Origin: the human T2T-CHM13v2.0 reference genome, Homo sapiens
DNA: 64,000 nucleotides
Assembly: GCF_009914755.1 (NCBI RefSeq)
Contig: NC_060939.1
Strand: one strand, 5' to 3'
The position numbers were made by a program, and so were the translations under genes. This document shows, piece after piece, positions 54,765-64,000 of this stretch (position 1 is the stretch's first letter; the number at the start of each line of letters is the position of its first letter). A model generated the notes under the pieces. The model did not search any database, was not told the DNA's origin, and saw only the letters and a program-made list of their open reading frames with translations.

Positions 54765-57700
54765 TATTTTTATATTTTTGACATCATTTTATTATTTGTT
54801 TTCTGCTTGTTTCCTTTCATTCTTCCTCTGTTTTTCTTTCTTGCCTTCTGTGTATTACTTAACACTTTTTAAGAATTTCATCTTTATTTATTTAATGTTT
54901 TTGAGTGTATATTTTTGTAGAGTTTTTGTAGGGGTAGCCCCCTGGGTATTACAGTATATATATGTGATTTACTCTATGCATATGAACATTTTACCACTTA
55001 AAGTGAAATGTGGGAAGCTTTCTTTGGTTTACGTCCTTATATCTTTCTCAGTTTTAAATATCATTTTGTTGCGTGTCAGATGAAGTTATAACCTTTATTT
55101 CAGTCATCAAATCTGATTTACAAAAAATAATGAAAGAAGGATAGTCTATTGGATGTACCCATACTTCTGCTCTTCCCATTGTTCATTCTTCCTTCCCAAT
55201 GCTGCAAGATACCTTTATTTATGATTACCTTTTTGTTTAAAGAAGTTATTTTAGCGAGTCTTTAAGGATATGTCTGCTCATGACAAATTGACAGATTTTT
55301 TTACACTTCTTTAATGTCTGAGGAGGTCATTGTTTCCTTTACATTTCTGAAGGATAATTTTACCAGATATAAAATTTATAGTTGAGAGTTCTTTTTTTTT
55401 TTTCCAGCACTTGAAAAATGTGGTGCCACTTTCTTCTGGCCTCTCTGGTTTCTGATGAGAAATCCAACTGTCATTCAAATGGTTTTCCCCCAATAGGTAG
55501 TGTGTCATTTCTCTGTGGCTGCTTTCAAAATTTGTTCTTTGTCTTAGAGTTTTCAGAAGTTTAATGATGATATTTCTTGGTATGCATTTCTCTGGATTTA
55601 TCTTATTTGGCATTACCAGAGTCTTGAATCTGTACATTGGGTTTTTTACCCAAATTTGGGAAGTTTTCAGCTGCAATATGTGCAAATATTCTTTCAACTC
55701 CATTCTGATTCTCCTTTTCGTAGACATTGATGATATGAGTGTTGGATTTTTTGTCATTGTCCCATAGGTCCCAAAGGCTGTGATTTTTTTTTCTTTTTTG
55801 TTTTTAAATAGATTATTTTCTCTTTGTTGTTCAGATGGGGTAAACTGAGTAAATTATATTGATCTGTCCTCAAGTTCATTGATTCTCTCCTGTCATCTCT
55901 ATTGTATTGAGCCCATTTAGCATGGTTTTTTTTTTCCATTTTGGTTATTGTATTTCCAGTTCTATAATTTCTATTTGGTTCTTTTTATAAAATTTATATT
56001 TCTTTGCTGATATTTTCTACTTTATATTTGTTTCAAGAGAGTTTATAATTGATTTTTTAAAAATATTATACCTTCAAAATCCATCTCAGATAATTTCAAC
56101 TTCTGATTCATCTCATCTTGGTGCTGTGTCAGTGCTTGCCTTTTCTCATTCAAGTTGGAATTTTCTGATTCTTGGTATGGGGTAATTTTCTGTTGCATCA
56201 TGGACATTTCTTCTATTATGTTAGAAAGCTCTGCATCTTATTTAAATTTTTATTTTAGCAAGTAGTCATCTTGTATAGGTTTAACATGCAGGTTCTGGCC
56301 TATTTTGTGGGTTTTGGTTCCAGTCATACCTTAATTTTCATGGTCTTTGTGATATTATTTAGGCCCTCTTGGTTTAGTTGGTGTACTGTGGACCCCACTG
56401 ATCCATGCTAGTACTGCCTGAGGTGGTAGAAGTTCTTTCCCCACCAGCAATCCCAGTGTCTTCTGGAGGGGAAAAGAAGTCTCGAAGAGATTTCTGTGAT
56501 GTGATAGGATTTTTCTGCCTGTGTCATTCATTCAGTCATTGTGATGTCTCTGTACAGGTTGGAGGGATCTCAGGCCCATGGGGCAAAAGAGGCTACCATG
56601 CTGAGCCACTTGTGGAAACGTCTGTCTTGCTTGTGTTGGTGATTGTCCTGGTATTTCTTGGAGGGGAGGGCTGGAATGGGGGAATTTAAAACCTGGGAGG
56701 GAAAAATAGTGCTTTCCTTGGACACTTATCAGTAGCAAGACTCCTGATTGATCCCTCTTGCTAGTGGTGCCAGTCTCATCTGGTGTTATCAGAGGGACAG
56801 TAAGCCTAACTGGCTACCTTTTGTTGCAGTTTCGCATCAGAAAATACTGAGGGTGGGTAGGCTTTTTCTGTTGGAAGGAGGGACCTAAGGTACCGTATTG
56901 CTTTGCCGTTCCTTTATTTCTGCTGTCCCAAACAATTTACCTTCTTATCATTTTTTAGAGTTATCCTTTGGAGGCCTCTGGATATTATTTCCAGGGTTTA
57001 TAATTGTACACAGCAATGAGGAACAGGGAGAAATAAGTCTATGCCAGAAGTCCAGCTAGTGCTATTTTTAATTGGCTGTGTGGCTTATTTTACTAACCGA
57101 GTTTTGCCTTGTTTGTTCACTCATGTGTTTGATTATTTATTGTCTAGTGCTCCCCATTTTATTAAAAACCAAGATAGAAGGAACCACATCTGTTTTGCTC
57201 TCTATTGTATTGGTAGCACCTGTAACCTGACCTGCCAGGTTAGGTGAATATTACTAAAAATTATTTCATTTGCTTTCCTCTTGGTTTGTGCTTCTGATTT
57301 CCTTTTCAAAAGCCAGGCTTTCTTTTAAAAAGTGCATTATTTTCCTTTTCTTTAGAAACTATAATTTTCTGAGGTATGTAGAATTTTTAGTATTTAAATG
57401 CATTTGGTCTCAGCTCTGTTTTATTTGATTTTGCTTTTTAATGGCTTCGTTGATATATACATCACCCATTTAAAGTGTATAATTTAATAATTTTAAGTGT
57501 ATTGACAAATATGTCCAACCATAACCACAGTTGATTTTAAAACATTTTCATCACCTCCTAAAGGAAACCTATACCCTTTAGCTATCACCTATTGACCTCC
57601 TTATTTCCTCCTCCCCAGTTCTAAGAAACTAATGAATTCCTTTCTGTTTCTATGGATGTGCCTATTTTTTACATTTCATGTAAATAGAATAATATAATAG

Positions 57701-58227
57701 TGTGTTTTCTGACTATCTGCTTTCACTTAGCATAAAGTTTTTGAGGTTAATTCATGTTGTTGTATGCATCAGTATTTCATTCCTTTTTATGGCTGAATAA
57801 TTTTTCATTATATGAATATACCATATTTTGCCTATTGTTTTTCTATTTATCAGGTGGTGTACATTTGAGTTGTTTTCACCCTCTTGTGACTATGAATAAT
57901 GATACTATAAACAATCTTATACAGCATCAGTGTACAAAAATCACTAACATTCCTATACACAAAAAACAGTCAAGCTGAGAACCAAATCAGATATGAACTC
58001 CCATTCACAATTGCCACAAAAAGAATGAAATATCTAGGAATACAGCTAACTAGGGAGGTAAAAAAAATCTCTACGAGGAGAACGACAAACCACTGCTCAA
58101 AGAAATCAGAGATGACACAAACAAATGGAAAAATATTTCATGCCCATGCATAGGAAGAATCAATATTGTTAAAATGGCCGTACTGCCCAAAGCAATTTAT
58201 AGGTTCAATGTTATGCCTATTAAACTA

Positions 58228-58584
58228 TCTATTAGTCTGTTCTCACACTGCTATGAAGAAATACTCGAGATTGAGCAATTTATAAAGAAAAGAGGTTTAA
58301 TTGGCTCACAGTTCCATATGGCTGGGGAGGCCTCAGGAAATTTGCAATCATGGTTGAAGGCATATCTTCACAGGGAAGCAGGAGAGAGAATGAGGGCTGA
58401 GCAAAGGGGGAAGCCTCTTATAAAACCATCAGATCACATGAGAACTCACTCATAATCACAAGAATAGCATGGGGGAAATGGCCCTCATGATTCAGTTATC
58501 TCCACCTAGTCCCACTCTTGACACATGGGGATTACTACAACTTAAGATGAGATTTGTATGCAGACACAGGGCCAAACCATATCA
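58228..58584 (-). mobile_element. THE1 (THE1C-like) solo LTR inside L1PA13
   Basis: tattagtctgttctcacactgcta...gccaaaccatatca; perfect 5-bp TSD aacta (58223-58227 / 58585-58589). Confidence 0.95.
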
Positions 58585-59621
58585 AACTACCATTGGCATT
58601 CTTCACAGAACTGGAGAAAACTATTTTAAAATTCACATGGAACCACAGAAGAGCCCTAATAGCCAAGACAATCCTAAGCAAAAAGAACAAAGCTGGAGGC
58701 ACCACCCTACCTGACTTCAAACTATGCTACAGAGCTACAGTAATCAAAACAGCATGGTATGGGTACAAAAACAGACACATAGACAAATGGAAGAAAATAG
58801 AGAACTCAGAAATAAGGTCATACACCTACAACTATCTGATCTTTGAATAACCTGAGAAAAATAAGCAATAGGGAAAGGATTCCCTATTCAATAAATGGTG
58901 CTGGGATATCTAGCTAGCTGTATGCAGAAGATTAAAACTGGACCCCTTTTTTACATCATATACAAAAATCAACTCCAGGTGGATTAAAGATAAATGTAAA
59001 ACCCAAAACTATAAAAACCCTGGAAGATAACCTAGGCAATACCATTCAGGACATAGGGATTGGCAAAGATTTTATGATGAAGATGCCAAAAGCAGTTGCA
59101 ACAAAAAGAAAAATTAACAAATGGATTCTAATTAAACTAAACAGCCTCTGCACAGCAAAAGAAACTATCAACAGTGTAAGCGGACAACCTACAGAATGGG
59201 AGGAAATGTTTGCAAACTATGCATCTGACAAAGGTCTAATATCCTGCATCTATAAGGAATTTAAACAAATTTACAAGAATAAAAAACACAATCCCATAAA
59301 TAAGTGGGCAACGGACATGAAAAGACACTTTTTGAAAGAAGGTATACATGAGGCCAACAATCATCTGGAAAAAAGGCTCATTACTGATTCATCAGAGAAA
59401 TGCAAATCAAAACCACAATGAGACACCATCTTATACCAGTCAGAATGACTATTATTAAAAAGTAAAAAAATAATAGATTCTGGCAAGGTTGTGGAGAAAA
59501 AGGAGCACGTATACACTGCTGGTGAGAGTGTAAATTAGTTCAACCATTGCGGAAGATAGTCAACCATTGAGGAAGATAGTGTGGCGATTCCCCGAAGACT
59601 TAATGGTTGACTATCTTCCAC

Positions 59622-59997
59622 AATGGTCTCCAGCTCCATCCATGTTGCTGCAAAGGACATGACCGTGTTCATTTTTATGGCCACATAGTATTCTGTATTG
59701 TAGATGCATGACATATTCTTTATCCAATTTGTCATTGATGGGCATTAAGGTTGATGGGATCCATTACTAGGTATATACCCAAAGGAATATAAATCATTCT
59801 GTTACAAAGATACATGAATGCATCTATTCATTGCAACACTATTCACAATAGCAAAGACATGGAATCAACCTTAATGCCCATCAATGACAAATTGGATAAA
59901 GAATATGTCATACAACCACAATATAGAATACTATGTGGCCATAAAAAAGAACAAGGTCATGTCCTTTGCAGCAACATGGATGAAGCTGGAGACCATT
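59622..59997. repeat. 134-bp inverted repeat, arms 59622-59755 and 59864-59997
   Basis: Manual alignment gives 7 mismatches; mirrored ORFs MTNWIKNMS.. appear on both strands of the ORF track. Confidence 0.95.
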
Positions 59998-62900
59998 ATC
60001 CTTAACAACCTAACACAGAAACAAAAAAGCAAATACTGCGTGTTCTCACTTAAAGTGGGAGCTAAATGATGAGGACACATGGACACATAGAGGGCAACAA
60101 CACACACTGGGTCCTATTGAAAGGGTTGCAGGAGGGAGAAGATCAGGGAAAATAATTAATGGATCCTAGGCTTAATATCTGGGTGATGAAATACTCTGTA
60201 CAACAAACCCCATGACACAAGTTTACTTATGTAATAAACCTGGTCATTTACCCCTGAATTTAAAAGGTTTTTTTTTTTTTAAATATTGTGCAAGGTTTTT
60301 GGGGGACTTGTATTTTAATTTCTCTTGAGCATATACCTTGGTAATTGAATTGCTGGGTTATATGCTAACTTCATGTTTAATCATTGCAGAAGTGACAGAA
60401 TAATTTTCAAAACAGTTGTACCATCTTACATTCCCATCAGCAAGGTACGAGAATTCTCTCTCTTTATATCCTCTTCAACAATTGTCATTGTATATATGTG
60501 TATGTGTGCATGTTTTATCATAACCATTCTTGTTGTGTTTCCCTGGCTAGAACTTCCAGTACACTATTAAATAGAAATAGCAAGAGTGGATACCTTTGGT
60601 TTCTTTCTTTTTTTAGAGTGAAAGCATCTAGTCTTTCACCATTAAATATGATGCTACCTGTGGGTTTTTCATTAATGTTCTTTATCAAGTTGAAGAAGTT
60701 CTCTTCTATTCCTAGTTTGTTATGTATTTTTGAAAAAGTATGTCATGAAAAAGTATTGGATTTTGTTAAATACTTTTTCTGTGATTTTTGAGATAATCTT
60801 TAAAAAATTTTTCTCTATGGATTTAGTGTGATGTATTGCTTTAACTGATTTTTGGGAGTTAACACAGCTTTGAATTCATGGGATAAATCTCATTTGATCA
60901 TGATACACAATTCTTTAATATGTTCCTGGATTCAGTTTGCTAGAATCTTCTTGAGGATTTTATATCCACGTGCATAAGAGATACTGGTCTGTAGTTTCCT
61001 TTTCTTGTGATGTCTTTGTCTGAATTTGGTATCAGAGTGACACAGGCCTAAAGGAGTTAGCTGGGATGTGTTCTCTTCTTTCCTATTTTTTGGAAGATTT
61101 TGTAAATAACTGGTATTAATTCTTCTTTAAATATTGTGTATTACTACAATAAAATGGGGAAGCCATCTAGGCCTCAACTTTTATTTCTGGGTGGTTTTTT
61201 TATTGATAATAAATCTCTTCATTCATTATAGTTTATTCATATTATTTTTCTTGAGTCAGTTTTGGGAGTTTGTGTCTATGATTGTATCCATTTTATTTAA
61301 GTTATCTAATTTATATTTCAGTTATTGTACTTTGCAATTATAGAAGGCCAATGTGATTTTTAAAAATAATTTATATTTCTTTATTAATATTCTCCATTTG
61401 GTGTGAAATTGTCCTCATACCTTTTTTGTTTTACTTTAATTATGGTTTCCTTTAGTTCTTTGGACATACTTACAATGGCTACTTTAAAATCTTCTCTGTT
61501 AAATCTAACATCTGTTTACTCTCATGGGAAGTTTTTGTTAACTTATTTTTCTTTGTATTTTTTTCTTTTCAATGTATAAATTATAGTTTCCAGTTTCTTT
61601 GCATGCCTCTCAATTTTTTTTTGTTGGAAACTAGACATTTTAGATAATAAATTATAGCCATTTGGGGTACCGATTCCCCCCACTGTGGGGATTGCTATTT
61701 TTTAGGTGCTTGTTTACTTATTTAGAGACTGGCTGGATTATTTTAGTGACATCTGTATCCCACAGTGTTAATCCTCTGCTCTTGCTCCTCAGAGAGTGCA
61801 ACCTTTGTTGTAACCATAGTCACGTTGGGATGACAGTGGTTTTATCAGGTCTCTCTGTCGCTGTTTCTTTTCTTAAACACGCTTAGTCTTGAAGCTCCAC
61901 TACTTGCTGGCTGATTCTTCTATTGTCTGGAAATGTCCTAAGGCATAAGGTTCTTAGCAAACTGATGTAATCAAATGTAGTCTCTTTTGGGGGAATAATT
62001 CTTGAGGTCAGTTTTTGAGACTGGATCTGATCCCAGCAGGGCTCTTCCCTGTTGTCACTTTTCCCCATTCTGACAATCTGCTCCACAGTTTTGCCTATCT
62101 CTCCAATGAATCTCCTAATTTACTGCCAATTGTCTTTTTTTGCCAGTTGTCTTTTTGACTACACTTTTTTTTTCCAGAGCCCCTTAGACTTGAACTTCTG
62201 CACACCCTGTTGCAAACAAAGTCTGCTCCTTTGAAAAGAAATTAGTAACTGTCTGTTTTAGGACTGCTCCTCCTCTCGGGCAAAATCTCTAGATTTTGCC
62301 AAGGCTCTAGAACTGTTGGTGGAGACAGAGCTTTCCTGAAGTTCTTTTCTCTAAGTGACAACTTTGTTTTTGGAACTGAATACTTAGTGGGATGGAGTGG
62401 GCAAAAGCCTTAAGTCTTTTTTGGTTTGCCTTTTCCAACATGGAACCACTGCCTTATAAGCCGTAATGAGGGCAGTTGGGGCCCCAGTATTCTCAGCAAC
62501 ACCATGCTTAAGACAGACCTTCCATCCCACAAATAGAGGCTGGGCAGAAGAAGGGAACCCCTATTTCTCATCCACATTTGCCCAGGGCTTAGCCTGAGCA
62601 ACAAGTAGATGGTCCAGGATAAGAAATACTGATATTCTGCCCCTCCCAGGAAGATAACCATCTAGGAGCTGAGGGATGTGGGAGCCTATGTTCTTAGACA
62701 TGCACTGTCTGGATTGGAATTTCTACCATGCTGAGCTGGAAAGGGAAATGGAAGGAGCAGATTCTTGTTCAAATACCGTAGATTTTTGTTGTCCTGTCAA
62801 TTTTAGTAGATTTTTGAATAAATGTTTTCTCATTTTCTCTATGCACTTAGGACTATTTCTAGAGACTTTAAATGTTTTAAAACAATTTTCATCTGTTTCA

Positions 62901-63924
62901 CTGGGAAGCTGGTTTATGGAGCTCCTCTCTGTGTCATGCCAAAGCAGAAACATCTCCAGTAATTCTACCGGGGCTTTCTTTATTTCTGAGTTCTTCATTT
63001 TGCTTTACGCCTTGGTTGCTGGCATATCGTCACTGAATCATTTGTTTCTTTCAAGAAGAATTCTTGAACATTCTCTGAGTTTCTTAATGATCAAGAATAT
63101 CTACATAGTACTTTTGCACTTGAATGAGATTAGACACTTAAAATATTCTTGATATATACTTTTGTTTTATTTAAAACTTTGTAGATCTGTTTCCATTGTC
63201 CTTGTCATTAAAGGCTGTTTTGGGGAAGTCTCTTTTTTTTTCTCTTTCTACTTGGAAGTAACTTTATGTTTTTTTCCTGTACCTTTTTTTCTTTATCCTC
63301 AAAATTAAGTAACTTATTAAGGATATATATTAACTTTGACTGTTTTGCATCCTGGTCTATGTTATGTCTTTTCAAGCTACATATGTATTTATTTTTTCTT
63401 CACTTAAGAGTACATTTCCCATATGTCTCTGAATGTATTTTCTGATCTACTTATGGGATTCTTTAATTTTTAGATACCAGTTATCCAGATTGAATTATCT
63501 GTATTCTTTGTATCTATTTTTTGACTTAACTTATTTCACAATTCTAATCTGGTTTTTGTTGTTAAAAGAATTTTAGATATCTGACTGTATTTTGGTTCTC
63601 CATCTTTTCTCCTTAGCTTGGCATTCTCCCTTTTCATCTTTTTATCTGTTGTTTTATCATCTTCTTTTTGAACTGATGTTTTACTCCATTCAAATTCTTA
63701 TTAAGTTCTAGAGCACATAGCACTTTTCCAGATTCTGCTGTTCTTAGATTGGATTTTCTTTACAGGTGGATTATTTGACTGCTTTTGATTTTACGTTACT
63801 TATCTTTTTTTGTTTGCTTTTTTTCTATTAAAGAAACATAACTGCATCATTTGTATGCTTTTCTCTTTGTATTTTTCTCAAGTTTTCATCATCAGTTCTG
63901 TCTAGGCCCTTGCTACCCATAGTG

Positions 63925-64000
63925 CAGTCTTCAAACCAGATATACTGGTGTTATCTGGAAGCTTATTAGGAATACAGAATCAAAGACCCCACCCAAGACC
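63925..64000. mobile_element. MER5-type MITE cut by the window end
   Basis: tatctggaagcttattaggaatacagaatc...ccccacccaagacc. Confidence 0.65.

Larger units (their letters stand above)
57918..60280 (+). mobile_element. L1PA13-like, 5'-truncated (ORF2 C-terminal remnants and 3'UTR)
   Basis: [42 protein letters not shown]; 3'UTR ctaggcttaatatctgggtgatgaaat...acaaaccccatgacacaagtttac. Confidence 0.9.
57430..62950 (-). mobile_element. L1MB-type element, fragmented, with 5'UTR-like part at ~61400-62950; split by L1PA13
   Basis: acccatttaaagtgtataattt...aaacattttcatcacctcc 3' end; continuity across the insertion (tataaacaat | aatattgtgcaaggtttttg). Confidence 0.75.

Noticed and set aside
58174-59421. 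L1 ORF2-like peptides as a functional gene
   Set aside because: 5'-truncated, broken by stops, frameshifts and a THE1 LTR
62676-63152. 158-aa ORF
   Set aside because: Mostly overlaps the decayed L1 5' region; no domain recognised

Overview
AT-rich, CpG-poor primate DNA, most likely human or great ape because it carries a near-consensus AluY and an L1PA2 3' end. I find no recognisable protein-coding gene, RNA gene, CpG island or CRISPR array. The longer ORFs in the track are mostly Alu, L1, LTR or microsatellite read-throughs, and the few in unique sequence show no recognisable product. The window reads as intergenic or deep-intronic sequence: unique blocks between MIR, L2, L3, MER and MaLR fossils in the first ~47 kb, then an almost continuous ~16 kb stack of nested L1s (47.6-63.9 kb) with Alu, MLT2 and THE1 insertions. 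I see no evidence for a new multi-gene biological system. The most notable structures are: (1) a template-switch scar in an L1PA13 that created a 134-bp, ~95% identical inverted repeat; (2) a MADE1 hairpin carrying an exact miR-548c-5p-type 22-mer; (3) a decayed RTE-clade reverse-transcriptase fossil; (4) a templated-insertion/deletion scar in an L1MA; (5) a cluster of non-B-DNA-forming repeats; (6) a closely spaced inverted Alu pair; (7) a few candidate + strand exons and enhancer-like motif clusters. Repeat subfamily names come from recalled consensus sequences, not from a search, and boundaries of old elements are approximate.
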